The position numbers and the translations under genes were made by a program. The notes beneath the pieces are model-generated. The model was not told the DNA's origin. It saw nothing but the letters and a program-made list of their open reading frames with translations, and searched no databases. Positions 45,037 through 59,793 of a stretch of DNA of 64,000 nt are shown in pieces (the first letter of the stretch is position 1; the number at the start of each line of letters is the position of its first letter). The stretch is from Vicugna vicugna (lineage: Eukaryota): positions 4,078,678 to 4,142,677 of the forward strand of contig MU058718.1 of the NCBI GenBank assembly GCA_013265495.1. Reading direction: 5' to 3'.

Positions 45037-46169
45037 TGAGCTGGGGGAGATAAAATTAATGTGGAAGAGATTCCTTCTGATCTTTTTGAGTAAATCCTTT
45101 ATAAATCCATCTTACTCTTTAAACACAGTAATATCATGATATTAGAAAATACATGAATATATACTGGTAAGCCTAGAATTCATCAAAGAATATGGGATTT
45201 GTGACTGTTTAATATGCTTACCTAAATAAGTTCCAAATGGACTTTTTTCAATGGTACATTCACTGATAGTTTCAAATAAATGACAAAAGATTTTAAATGT
45301 AGTTATACAAATTAACTTAATCACTTTTAGTATATAGTCAAAAAATAACATGGAGAGAACCCTTTCTAAAACTTAAATATGTTTTTTAAAATTATAAAAT
45401 ATTGTATGTTTGGTGTTTATTATTGAAAATTCAGAAGATACAGAAACTGTTGAAATATTAAAGACTCAGCCATACAAATATATTGCCTTTATAACTTTTA
45501 CAGTCTTACTGGAAAGTAATATGGCAATATATGTTAAAATTAAAGTACACATACTCTTGGACCCAGAAATAAAAGCACTGGACTATAAAGTTAAGGTACA
45601 GAGATCTAGTTTCTGCAACATTGATTATAGTAACAGAAAACTAGAAGCAGCCTGTATGTCCATCAATAGGAGAATGATTGAATATGTTATCCTACACCTA
45701 TGGTGTAGAATATTGGTTAGCTACAGAAAAGTGAATAGGATCTGCATGTATTGTCTTGGGAGAATAGTTGTGATTGGGAAAAATCATTAAAAAAATCTTT
45801 AGAATGATGAATACATTTTATTTTGATATAACAAACAGAACAAACTTGAAACATGTAAGTGGAGTTGCATAAGCATTGAGAAGAGTGTGAAAGGATATAT
45901 ACTCTTCTCTTAACACTGGTTCTTACAGTGGATTGTGATTAGAGGAGAGTGGAGGGTTAAACTTTCATGTATTTTTCTATTTTGAGTGTTTGCATTTTAT
46001 TGATTTGTATAAGCTCATTATATATTAAGAATATTAATAGTCAAAAGATTGCCAAATATTTATCTAGCTGTTAGGCTAATAATTTCAGTTCTCATTTTGA
46101 AAACTTTGAAGTAATATATTCATTTTGAGAGGTTAAGCTTTAGTTTCTTAAAATGTTGAGTACAGAACA

Positions 46170-48056
46170 GTATTTATAAAAATATGTACATGGTATGAAA
46201 AATAGAAATAGGAAGAACACCTATATACTGGGCATCCAATTTAAGAACCCCTCCCAATTCCATCTCCTTCTTTGCCGCTTCAGAGCCATCTGCTATGCTG
46301 AATTTCATGCTTATCATTTTCTTGCTTTTTTCTATTTTTTTTTACTATTTGTATCTCTAAACAGTATATTGTTCCATTCTACATTTCTTAATTTTGTATG
46401 AATATAATTCTTCCAAGACTTTTTTCACTCAACATTATATTCCTAAAACTCATTCATTTTGTTTCTTGTAACTATAGTTCATTCTTTTCCATTGCTGTAT
46501 CATATTATAGCAATAACTTTACCAAAAATTTATTTGTTTGTTTGTTAGTGGCCATTTGCATTGTTATCAGTTTGGGTTTATTATCAGTAGTATTGCCATG
46601 AACATTTTTTGCATATATCCTGGTGCATACATGCACAAATTTCTCTTAAATTATATATTAGAGTTAGAATTACTGGATGATAGTCTAGATAATGCCAAAT
46701 TGTTTTCCCAAGTAATTGTAACCAGTTTTTTACTCCCGCCAGAAACATATGAGTTTTGGTTGTTCTGCATTCTCACCAAGACTTGATATTGTTGGTTCTT
46801 TTAATTTTTCCAGTCTTCTGGTTTGGGTTTATAATTCCCTGATTTCTAATGAGATAGAACTTCTTTGAAGATGTTTATTGGCTCTTTGTATTTCTTCTTG
46901 TGGAAAATTTTAAACTTTTTTTTATTGAATTTTTCTTGTGAATTTGTGTGAGTTCTCTCATATTCTGGATCTTAATTCTTTGTCAGTTATGTGTGTTGTA
47001 AATATGTTTTTCCAGATTGAAGCTTCTTTTTTCACCATTTTTTATGCTTTTGATGAACAAAAATTCTTAATGTCACATTTACTTATTTTTTCCTTTGTAA
47101 TGTGTGCTTTTTGTTGCCTTGTGTAACAGGTCCTCCTCTGTTATCTTACTGTTTTGTCTTTCTCATTAAATCGTTAATCTAGCTGAAAATGAGTTTTGAG
47201 TATGGGGTGAGGTTGGAGTCTGATTTCATTTTTTTGTTCCATTTGGCTAGCCAGTTGATCCCACATGTTTATTGAAAGCCCATTCTTTCCCCATTGATCT
47301 ATAGTGCCAGCTGTGTCATAAATTGAGTGTCCTTAAGTGTGTGGATCTGCTTCTGGCCCCTCTTTCCTGTTCCTTTGATATATTTGATTACTCCTGTGCT
47401 ACTGCCATATGTTTAAGTTACCATAATTTTATACTAATCCTTGATGTAGTAGGGCAAGTCCCCACCATTCTTTTTCAAGAGTGACTTACTCTTGACCTGT
47501 TGTTCTTCTGTATAAATTTTAGAATCAGTGTAAGTTTAATTATTTTTAAAGTTGGGATTTTGATAAAAGCTGTACTAGCTCTATAAATCAATTAGTGAAA
47601 AACTGAGATTTTTTACAATAATGAGTCTTCTCCACTATGAACATGACATACCTCTCCATTTATTTATTCAGTCAGTAAAATTTTACAGTCTTCTTGACGA
47701 TGGTTTCACATCTCTTTTGTTAGATTTATATTAGAATTTTTTTTTAATCTTGTTTTCTTTATTTATGATATCTAGAAGTGCAATTGACTTTTGCCTATTG
47801 GTTTTATATCCAGCAAAATTGTTAAATTCTGTCATTAATGCTCTATATTTAGATTTGTTAGGTTTCTTCACAATCATTTCCTCTGTGAATACTGACAGTT
47901 TTTCATTTCAGTCTCTAGACTTATTTTCCTTGTCCATGCCAGTTAGGACTTCTGTGTAATACTGAATATAAGTTACAATGTAGTCACTTTGCTTTTTCCT
48001 TGAGTTAAAGGAAATGAGTGGAATGGTTCTCCATCAAGTATAATGTTTGCTGTCAA

Positions 48057-48097
<41 letters not shown>

Positions 48098-48110
48098 CTA
48101 TCAGGTTAAA
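46170..48110 (-). mobile_element. Old L1M ORF2/3' remnant
   Basis: Degenerate antisense ORF2 motifs (TTTATTGAAAGCCCATTCTTTCCCCATTG, TATCCAGCAAAATTGTTAAATTC). Confidence 0.6.
48059..48095. repeat. (TG)18 microsatellite
   Basis: Direct reading. Confidence 0.95.
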
Positions 48111-48584
48111 ATAAAGTAATTCCTTTTTTATAAGAAAATATAATAATGAAATATAAAGTAACTGATAGCTTAGTTGGTTTACTAAATTTTTGTTCAGTTC
48201 TTGTCTCCCTCCCATAGCCTTCTCCTCCTGCCAAAACCTGGTTACCTTTAGCCCCTAAAGACCTTTCAGTGGAAAAATATTTGAAATTTTCTCCTATGCT
48301 ATAACTTGAAACTCTGACTAATCAAGATTATAACTAGTAAGATTTTGAGAAAGAATTTTTTACTGTTTAATCCTCTAATTTATAATAGAAAAAACTAAGT
48401 TTTAAAGTTTTATACTTGTAGATAAGAAATCATTGCTAGCAAGTGTAGCTAGGAATATTACTCACATTTAATTTTAAAAATTGATTTTCAAGTATTTGCA
48501 AAATTTATCAAATTGAAAGCTGTGCATCTATAAAATATTGTAAAAAAAAAAACCCAAATTGTACTCAATTTATATATTTTAAAG

Positions 48585-48702
48585 GCATTGCAAGAAAGAA
48601 AAAGGAAAATTTTGGATGAAGCTGTGGAATTAAGTCAAGATCACTTTAAAAAATATCTAGTGAAACTTAAGTCAATAAATCCACCTTGTGTGCCTTTTTT
48701 TG
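48585..48702 (+). CDS. SOS2: SOS2 exon 17 (CDC25)
   Basis: aag|GCATTG...TTTTG|gtaagt, 118 nt; [40 protein letters not shown]. Confidence 0.97.
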
Positions 48703-48919
48703 GTAAGTTACTAAATCTGGATTTATATTTTGAGGGAGAGTATCTTATGTAGCCAAAAGAGACCAGCCTTTAGAAGCAGATTGTCATGATTTTATATCTG
48801 AACACATCTACTTTTATTATTTTGTCTATACTGATGAATAAAACTTAAACTCTGTATGTAAACTTTTATCTGTAAAATGAAGATTATGGTAATTACTTCA
48901 TAGAGTTGTAAGGAGCTCT

Positions 48920-49073
48920 GTGGAGTCTCTTCTATAAGAACAATAATCTCATTCATGAAGGTTCCACCTTCACGACAAGCACCTCTCAAAGTCCTCATCT
49001 CCTCATACTATCACATTGGGCATTAGGGTTTCAACACATGAATTTTGAACATTCAGACATTCAAACCATAACA
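48920..49073 (-). mobile_element. MaLR LTR fragment (MLT1A-like), followed by a MER20-like end to ~49150
   Basis: ATCACATTGGGCATTAGGGTTTCAACACATGAATTTTG...ACATTCAAACCATAACA; then AAAAATGTCTCCAGACATT...GTTGAGAGCACTG. Confidence 0.6.
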
Positions 49074-49598
49074 TGCACCAAAAATGTCTCCAGACATTCC
49101 CAGATATCTATCCCCTGGGGGACAAAATTGCCCCCTGTTGAGAGCACTGACTTAAATGTGTCAGTAGTTATGCATGAAAGGGAAACTTTCTTACTGTCCA
49201 AAAGTGAAAAATAGCTCTTTTTCTATCTAAATTGTAGGCTTTGGGGAGGCAGAATTAGTTTATAAATCTATAGTCTTACTAACCAGAATTGTCTTAAAAT
49301 TAATCTATTGATCAGTAATCATTTAAGATCATTGGCATTAAATATTTATAAGCAAATATTTAAATGGTTAGAATAGATTTAACACTTACAATTTAGATTT
49401 TATGAATGTATCTTCTCTTTTATTTTAAGCTATCAGTCTAAGAAATAGCTAACTAAGCTCTTTATAAATCCTAATTTTCCCTTCAACTTTAAATTGTTTC
49501 CATGTAAAAAAATCTTCATGTGGAACTAATTTATTAAGTATATCAGAGATTTTAGTTGTAGAGTTGCTGGATTATGGGATATCTTTCAGCTTTAGTAG

Positions 49599-49937
<339 letters not shown>

Positions 49938-52141
49938 TAATATGAAAGTCGTGACTAATAGATATTCTGAACAGTCTACAGTTTTTAATATTATTAGGCA
50001 CTTTCTCTTGACATTATTGCTTCTTTGTGCAACTAGTTTAAGTAACACTTTCAAAAAATGAATGACAAAATGAAAGAAACTTTCTGATGTCTATGCAGTA
50101 AAAAGAAAATCTACTTCTAGTACTATCTTTGATTGATAGACATTTTAGATGTTTTACATGCACCAATATAACATTAAGTAATTAAGCCCTTTATAAGAAC
50201 ATTGGGTTTAAATAGGGGAAGAGATTGGGAGGGTGATGTATGTATATGCATAGTGAAAAATTACTTTTTTCAACATTCTATCACTTGATGTTCTGTTTTG
50301 AGCAATAATCCATAATATTGATTCTGTGATACTATAAGATGTTGAATATCTTCTAAATTAGAGTAAATTCTGGTATTATGTTTATGGTAAGTGAATTTTA
50401 TTGTAATACTTATTTGAAATTCAGAACATATGATAACTGTCAGAGTAAGTTCACCTTTCACATTAGAACTTGTGCTGCACTTTCAGATGTAGCCTACAGG
50501 TTGGGACATATTGGGTGAAAATGGCCACTATCACTTCCATCCTCTAATTGTAAGATGGTAACTGATCTTTGTTCCCAGATCAAAACAAAGTACCCTAAAG
50601 ATCTCAGAAAGAATGACCTAAAGTACCCTATTATGAAAATACAGATAGATGCCTGCTCTAAAGAAAATATTTCATCCCCTTCCCTCACCATTTAGCCAAC
50701 CCTTTGTGATGATGTGCTGCTTCATGGGGCTAAAGAAATGTTCTTGAAGCCCAGATGAGAATTCACAGTGTATTTCCCCACGGAAATAATGTTACGTAGT
50801 AGCTGGGTATAATTGAAGTAGTACTTTTTGGCATTCATATCTCAGTAACTCCCAGTAGGTTTCTATGATCTGGTCTAGACTTCCCACTAGCGTTTAAAGC
50901 ATTCTTTTGGAGGTGAGGGGGCAAAGAATGCTTTCTTTATGATTGAATCAAAGTAAGTTTAAAACGTAGGTAAAGTAGCTATTCACTTTCAAATCATAGT
51001 TAACCAAGCTAAATAGTATTAAATACAGCACATGATGAGAAAACCAAATAACTTTATTAAAAGTTTTTAAATTACTCTTGGTTCATAGGATTTAATTTAA
51101 CTAACCTGAATATAAGAACAAATTGTTTCAACATTGTTAAAGGAGTAATATAATTTTCTTGAGGTTGACAGAATGCCTAAAAAATGGAAGAATTTTATGC
51201 TAGAAATTTTAAAGCTCATTTTGCTAAAGCTAAAATAATAGAACTTATTTTTATATATGTTCCTAAACCACTTCAAAATTAAATAAAGCTAAGTTCTAAG
51301 GAAATTTTCAAAGGAAATCATCAGAAATGCACAGAAAAATTTATGCACAAGGAGTTGATAATAATAATTACTATAATAGCACAGAGTCAGAAAGCACCTA
51401 TGTGGGTAACTACCTATAAGAAGATGGGTGAAATAAATTCTGAAACAGCTATCTGATGAATTACTATAGCATTAAAATTTGTATTTTAAATAAATGATAC
51501 AGAAAAAAATTAATTGAATATTGTTTAAAGGCTAAAAATAGCCATGTTGTGATCCCAATTTTGTGGGAGAAAATGCAGCTTATGTATACATGATATATTC
51601 AATCACATAGTTAAAACATTGGAAGGATATTCCAGTAGTAAAATGTTAACAGTGAGATCTCTGGTTACAGAGATTACTGTTTATTTTTATACCTGTACTT
51701 TCTTAAATCATCTAAATTTTCTACTTAAAAACTTAAATTTAAGCTTAGAAAAAAAATTTTAATAAAAACAGTTACTTAGCTTGAGGCTACTTTTTTCTTA
51801 TCAGTTTCATTGTGGATTATAACTAATTCTGTTCTAAACACTTCTGATAGCTTATTAGTGATTATCATTTTGTTGTTAAAATGAGTAGGAATGTTAACAG
51901 AGGGATACTTAGCCATTAAGATGGTAATAAATGAGAATTGTTCATCTTCTGAATAGAATTTTAGGACCAGAATATACTTCCATGGAAATTATACAGTTTA
52001 ATCAGAAAGTAGAGATTGGAATCAGCCATCCTTGATTGCTTTTCAAGGATCCGTTAACATGTTGATAATTTTTTTGTGTTAAACTGATGAAGTAAACATT
52101 TTAATGAAATCTAAAATATATACTTATGGATTTTTGTTTAA

Positions 52142-52276
<135 letters not shown>

Positions 52277-53500
52277 TAGTTGTGGAAAAATTGTTTCTTA
52301 AAATAGTGTTGTCTTTAACGTTCAACAAACTATTTCCATTTAAATTGTAATTTACTCAAATAGCTGTTTTTAAGTGGGTTTTTTTTGCAGTATTATATAC
52401 TATTTCTAAAATTAAATATACTATGGGGGAAGATGTCAACATTTTGATAAAATCTGGTTTATCCTTTATCTTAGTACCACTTATTTATCTGTCCATTTTT
52501 GATCCTTACCAGTATAAGGGGAAAAACTATGAGAAAGTAAGAACCTAAATGACAGGTAGCTGATGGAACAGGAAACTAAAAGACCTGGGAAGGAGTAAGC
52601 AGATATATTATGGTTCTTCTGGCTTGACCATGACTCCTGCCACAAGAGCACCATTGTCCATGGTTGCCACTGGAGCCCACCTTTCCCAGTAAAATTTACT
52701 ACTATAGTTTCTTGTTATTTCTGGGGTTTGCAGTGACAGCAGAAGTAGTGAAAGACCAAGTCTATGTAGCTAAAAGTGTGAAACAAGGCATGAGGAAGTA
52801 AAAACATTTATAATACACCAACTTTGGGCCAGGTAGTTTTATGTTATCTCATCTCCACAATAATTGTATGACATTGACCTTATTCTCATTTTATAAACAA
52901 AAACTGAGACTCAAAAGGGATAGATAACTTTTTCAAGGCTGCATAGTTAGATATGTGCACAGTTGAGGTTTTAACTGAAGTTATCTGAATCTGAGTTCGT
53001 GTTTTTTTTCTTTAGGTTACCACTGAGAATTTTTTAAAAGGAAGTAGAGGTTGAGGGTGGGAGACACTGATAGCAGTTTTTTCCAAAGACTTTAAAATAT
53101 CATTGAGGTTGGTCATTTATTATTAGGAAGAGGAAAAAAAGTCTTTTTTCCTAAAGCACTAGCATAATATGTTGCACAGTAAATATCTGTAATATTGATA
53201 TCGATGATTAGAAGAAGTTTAGGTTCAAGAGTTTTGGGAGCAAAAAGTTGTTTTCATACAGATTTTCAGAAATTTCTGCAATATGAAAAGAGATTCCCTT
53301 ATATTCAAGCCCATCTTAAAATTAAGCCCATCAAATCCCCAAGTGTTCTACTAGAATGTTACAGAGTCAAAGATCTGTCTTTGCAGATTGAGATTTATTA
53401 TACTCTCTTAACTATATGCTAAGAATTAATAAGGCCGTGCTAAGTCATAAAAAATAAAGTCATACAAGTTAGTAGTGGTAATTATGTTTGCTTTTCCTAG

Positions 53501-53776
<276 letters not shown>

Positions 53777-54267
53777 TAGACTATTTGGTAAAGAAGGAAT
53801 CTTGCATTTCAGATAATTCTTTTCATATTAATTAGGAAACTGAAACTAGTGTGAAAAGTGACTTCTAACTGTGAAAATAGTGATTAACAAAGGAGGGTAA
53901 AGCATTATTTGTGCCTTGTTTATGCATATTATTTTCTAACTTTTTCATTCAATGAAGATTTATTTAGAACCTTTCGGGCCCCACTACTACTCTAAAGGGA
54001 GCAATAGACAATGAAAAAGAAAACAAAGCAGATAAGTTCTGTGAAGGAAATTTTTAAGGGACTGATAGGGAACTGCTTACGCTAAGAAAGGAAAAACATT
54101 CCATGTACAAAGAATTCCAAGTTCATTCTTTAAAAACTAACATGGCAAAAAATGATAAAATTCTGGACTCTGTGTTATACTGCATATGTTACTTTATGCA
54201 AACTTATTTTTAAAATAAAACATACATATTACCTTCTTTTTCAAATTAATTTTTCTCATTCCAATAG

Positions 54268-54309
54268 GAAGCAGTAGCATCTTTGCTCCAGTTCTCTTGC
54301 CACATTCAA
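54268..54309 (+). CDS. SOS2: SOS2 exon 21 (42-nt small exon)
   Basis: tag|GAAGCAG...TTCAA|gtaagt; GSSSIFAPVLLPHS, phase 1/1, so frame-preserving. Confidence 0.93.
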
Positions 54310-54999
54310 GTAAGTAAGAATTTGAGTTGATTTCTAATGAAATGACTACACAGATAATAATTGAGTTGATTGAATTTGAATTTGAATATTTTGGATTTTA
54401 ACAACATTTAAAAAATTTAAGAAATGAATGAAGTTCTTATAAATAAACTGAATTATTTGCTTACAGCTGGGTACTATTTAAACTTTACTAAAATTTTCAT
54501 CTTTTTACAATCTTACCTATGTTCTCGGGGCTGTATAAGGTTGAATAAATTATTTAGTAGCTCCAACTTGTTAAGGATCAAATGAGGTAACTTTGTAAAG
54601 CACCTAGCACATTGCTTGGCACAGAATGAGCAGTGATTTCATATCAGTTGCCCACCCCTTCCAATTTATTTTCCCACGGGAATAATACTAAGTGTTTATC
54701 GGGTTCAGGCTAGTCCTTGATCACTTACTTCTTCTCATGAGCTTTTTAAATTAAAGCATCATTTTAAGTAAACACTATTCCATTTTTAATTATTTCATAA
54801 TATGATATAAATACTGTCACCTTTGCTTCTATGGTCATTTGTTTAAAACAAAATAACCCAAAGGGACGCAGCAGCTTCACGAATAATTTTCCCAATCTGG
54901 AGGATGTCTGCTCCTATCATAGTAAAATGTGTATTGTTTAGATCGTAGCAAGGGAGTCCCTGTCTTATGAGAAAAGTAGGTTTATTCTTTTAAATGTTT

Positions 55000-57700
55000 A
55001 ATTCTATACTTCATTTTAATTTTTAAATTTTTATCAAGGTGATATATACGTAGAGTTTTAAAAGATAAATAATGGTTAAACACTTAAAATGAAATTAGCA
55101 GCAGTTTTCTACCCTTTATCTCCCCACCTGTTATCTTGTTCTCCAGTGACACTTCCACATTTTAAAATGATGTTTTTATATTTTTCTTTCCCTTGAATCA
55201 TTCATTTTAGACAGTGTTTACTGATTTCCTATTATGGAAGATGAGGATTTCACCCTTTACCTAATATATTAACCACATTTGGGGAAAATATTATCCACTG
55301 CTATGTCAAGGAGCATATATTATGATTATGCTTCCTTTCTTGTACAGCTGTGTTTCCTAAAGTTAATAGCAGCCTTATTAATGTTTAGGATGTTTGTTTG
55401 TTAGTTTTTTAAACATCTGTTGCAAAGTCTTCCCACACCCTTCTAAGCACAGTTTTCCATAAAGTCAGACCATTCAGGGAGGTTACCAGGATTTTTTTTT
55501 TTCTTTCTTTTTAACTTGGAAACTTCCTTATGCTCTTTTTCCTCCTGCTCCAGTTGTGGCTGGTTACTACCTCAGCCTCTGACCCAGCTGAAATCCTAGA
55601 ACTTTCTTTGTTGTCATTCCTAGAAATTCCCTTTTCCTCTCGTGTTGGATCCTTGTTTTTTGGATTCCTTGTCTTCTTTCTTGATATACTCCCTTATTTT
55701 GGTAGCATCCTCCAGTAGATACCTGAGAAAAGATACTTAGGATATAGGTTTTTAAGTTCTTACATTTCTGAAAATGTATTTGTATGTTTAATTGTTAATA
55801 GTTTGGCTGGCTATAAAGTTTTAAATCATTTTCACTCAGAATCTTGAAGACATTTTCCCACTGTCTTCTTGCTTTCTTACTTGCTGTTTAGAAGTCTAAT
55901 ATCATTCACTTATAAATTATTCATGCATAATTTTTAAATGCCTTTTATGTGCAGGCACTATTGTTGGTGTGAGAGAAGTGGCACTGTTGAACAAAATATA
56001 TAAAAATCCCTCTGTCAGTGACCCTACATTCTTAATCTTTTTTTTTCCTGAAAACTAGAGTTTGCTTGCTATAGCAAAGGGACCCAAAAATATAGTGCAT
56101 TAAGTGAAATGGAAGTTTATTTCTCACAATAGTGAAAGCAAGTAGACAGCTCTGCTTTATAAGGTTTTTAAGCTAGCAGAGCAATCCAGGATTCTCAAAA
56201 TGTGGCTCCCATCTCTGAGTCTTGAGCAAATGATTCCGTTATTAACCATTCTCTGCCAGCAGGAACATTGTGGGCAAGGAGCTTTGTTATAAAAACATCA
56301 TCTGGGAGTTGCACACATCACTCTTGCTCTTATCCCTTTGGCTACAACTTAGTCACATGGACTTAGCTATAAGGAAGGCTAAGAAGCGTTGTCTCTAACT
56401 AGGCAAGCTTTTGTCTTGCTGAAATTTGTGGGATCCTGTTACTAAAAGGAAGAAAGGGAAAGGTGCAGTGGGGGACGATTAGTGGTCTCTGCCACAATAT
56501 ATTCATTCACTTTTAGGGTCTTCTCTTTATTCCTAATGATCTGTACTTTCACAGTGATCTAATTTGATGTGGGTCTTTTTTTCCTTTATATTTTGCTGTC
56601 TTTTTAATGAGCTCTTTAAATTTAGAGATTCATGTCTTTGATTTCTAGAAAATGTTCCTTGTATTGCTTTGTTAATAATTCTTCCCTCCCATGTTCTCTG
56701 ATTCCCTTTTTGTAGTTGGTTCTCCATATTGTACATCCTAGATTGATCCTCGGATTTTCTTGTCTTTTGTCTGCTATTTTCCATCTCTTTGTTTTCTTAT
56801 TCTGTTTTCTGTGAGATTTTCTCACTATATCTTCCATCTTTTCTATTTTTTTTCCATCTATCATAATTTTGAATTTCCAAGAATTCTTTCTAATTTCCTC
56901 TGATCATGCCATTTTTGTATCCTATTCTGGTTTCATTTTCTGATTTCTGAAAAAATTTTGTTTCTAGTGTTGTTTGTTTTCTGAGTTTCTTCTATTAGTT
57001 GTGGTCTGTGGTCTTTCATATTGGAGGGTTTCCTTTTTTGTCTGCTATTCTTAGCTTTCTGTTCATATTTTAGAGTGAAGCAGTATAAACTAATGGGAAG
57101 TGCTATATCCATGGACAGAGCTTGTTGATTTCTGGGTCTCACTGTAGAGTGATAGACTGATGAGAATTCTTTTACTTAGGAAATCCCCAAATGTCAGAAT
57201 CTATGAGGCCTTTTCTCTGGGAATGTTTAGTTTCTCCTTAGAGAGATCTTTGAATCTTCTGCCTGGGAGTTCTCTGCGTTTAGTATGAAAATCTGTTTTC
57301 AGCACAGACTGGTGTCCCCAAGTCTGAAGTTTAGATTCTCCAGAGAATAAAACCCACTGTCTCCTACAGTGGTGGTTGCCTGGCCTCACGAAGTGGAGAA
57401 TTAGAGGTTTGGGGTTCTAACTGTCCCTTATACAGATTTAATCAAGTTTTCTGTTTACATGCCCATGCCTTCCATTGTACCAAATGCCTTTAATTCCTGA
57501 TCCCTCTTTTGGTTCTGTGGGGGCAAATTTGCTGCTGTTTGTCAGTACCACTGACAATAGACATTTGGGTTTCATCTTCCTGCATTTGTCGTCTTCATAT
57601 ACATTGTAGTCCACCTTCAGGCACTGAAGCTTCAGCATTCAGATGTTCCCTGGCTTCATAAAAGTTTGTGTGTGTTTCTTATTTTCCTTGTTTTTCAGCA
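55000..57700 (-). mobile_element. Old L1/HAL1-like remnant with ORF1-like segments and nested insertions
   Basis: Minus ORFs 56533-57142 are K/E/R-rich and ORF1-like; pyrimidine-rich + strand; boundaries approximate. Confidence 0.45.
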
Positions 57701-57720
57701 GTGGAAATGTTTTTACCATG

Positions 57721-58145
57721 TATATTAGTTTCTAGTGCTGCCGTGACAAAGTACCACAAACTGAGTGGCTTAAAGTCCAGTTCTGGAGGCTGGAAGTCCA
57801 AAAACCAAGGTGTTGGCAGAGCCATGTTCCCCTTGAAACCCATAAGGGAGAATCTTTCCTTGTCTCTTGTGACTTCTGGCATTTGCTGGCAGTCCTTAGC
57901 ATCCTTTAGTTTGTAGATCTATCACTTTAATCTCTGCGTCTGTTGTCACATGGCCATTTTCTCCTTGTATCTTGTTGTCGCTTCTTCTGTTTTTATAAAG
58001 ACACCAGGCATACAGAATTAGGGCTCACTTTCATCCTAACTTGATTACATATCTATAAAGACTGTTTCCAAATAAGGTCACATTTCTAGATACCTGAGTT
58101 AGGACTTCAACATAATTTGGGGGGAGACACAATTCAACCCAAACA
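57721..58145 (-). mobile_element. MaLR solo LTR (MLT1B/C-like)
   Basis: Reverse complement begins TGTTTGGGTTGAATTGTGTC...GTTGAAGTCCTAAC...ATGTGACCTTATTTGGAAA; near-TSD CCATG/CTATG. Confidence 0.8.
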
Positions 58146-58699
58146 CTATGCCAATTTAGAACCAGGAATTCTAGACACTGTTTTGGATGGTAGTAAAATA
58201 CATTTTCCATATGATAAAGTTTTGTTTTGAATTTTAATAGAAAATATTGGGAACAACTGCATAAAATTCTGAATATCTTAAAATCCTGAAAGAAATAAAT
58301 ATTTTATAGTAAGTATGAAAAATGCTCACAGTGAGAAAAACAGCAAGACTCCATTAACCCTGGATATGAATAGATGGTTCACATCAAAGTATAAGCAAGC
58401 CTATGCTGAAAGGTACTCTCAAACATTACTTACCCCTTGTAAATTGGTATATCAGTACGACCCTTTTGGAAAGAAATTTGTAAACAACATATCAAAAAAT
58501 GTTCACACCCTTTGATCTTATATTCATTCAACAGAAAATTGAGTACTTTGTTCAGCTACTCTGCTAATAGGTACTGATTCAATGGCAAACATAGTCTCTG
58601 CTTTCATTAATACCAAATACCAAAAAAATTTTGTGAGGAAGTCACACACATGAAGATCCCATTGTTCATCCCACTCCCTTAGTTTTTTACTTAATTTTT

Positions 58700-59793
58700 A
58701 GTCTCTCTTGCTGGTTTCTCTTCATTTTCCCAATCTGTTAACATTGGAAGGCCGTAAACGGGGCTTTGAAACTTTTTTCTTCTCACCCATTTAATGTTTC
58801 ATTCAGTCATATCATCTATATGATGATAATTGTCCCAATTTTTTTCTCTGCCCAGAACCTCTCTCTTGACCTTTAGACTCTCATATATTCAGTGACATGT
58901 TCATCTGTATTTGAATATCATCCCCTCTGGAGCTGTTCCAGAGGGGATTGTCTCCTCTTCTCAGTTACAACTGTATCTATTTAATTGCTTAAGCCAAAAA
59001 TATTAGAGTTTTTGTTTGCTTCTTTTTCTGATACCCCCAAATGTGATCCATCAATAAGTCTTATTTACCTTCAAAATATATCCAGAATCTAACCATTTCT
59101 TGCCATCTCTACTGCTGCCACCCTGGTCTAGGCAACCATAATCACTTACCTGCTTTATTATAGCAGCATACTAACTTCCCACCGTCCACACTTTAGTCTG
59201 TTTTCTGTACGGCAGCTTGGCCCTTTTAGAATGTAAGTTAGACTTGTCTCACCTATACTTAAAGCCAGTGGCTTTCCATCTCGGAGTAAAAGCCAAAGCT
59301 CCTTCCAGAAGGATCCATTAGGTCCTATGCAGTTTGGCCTCCTTTGATCTGTCCGACTTCATTATCTACTCTCTCTCCCATCTCTCACTCTGCTCCAGCT
59401 ACTCTGCCTCCTGAACGAAATAGACACATGCCCACATCAGAACTTTTGCTCTTGCTGTTCCCTCTGCTTAGAGTGTTCTTCATCTATCTAGCCTACTGGC
59501 ATACTTCCTCGCCTCCTTCAGGCTTTTGCTCAGTGTTACCTGAGTGAAGCCTTCCCCAATCACCCTGTTTACAATTGCTCCCTTTTCCCTACCTAACATT
59601 TCTTCTTTTAAATCATCCATTATACTTTTACTTAATTATCATGTTTATTCTCTCTTATCAACCTAGAATATAAGTTCCATAAGGACATGAATTTTTGCCT
59701 CTTGTTCACTGTTACATCACTAGTGCCTAGAAGAGTGTCTGGCACTACAGCAGATACCCAGTAAACGTTTGTTGAATGGATGGATGAATGAAT
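58700..59793 (+). mobile_element. L2 LINE 3' remnant
   Basis: CCTTCAAAATATATCCAGAATC, TTGTTCACTG...AGTGCCTAGAAGAGTGTCTGGCAC...TTTGTTGAATGGATGGATGAATGAAT tail. Confidence 0.75.

Noticed and set aside
50700..50800. Possible C/D snoRNA (GTGATGA C-box)
   Set aside because: No properly placed CTGA D-box or terminal stem found
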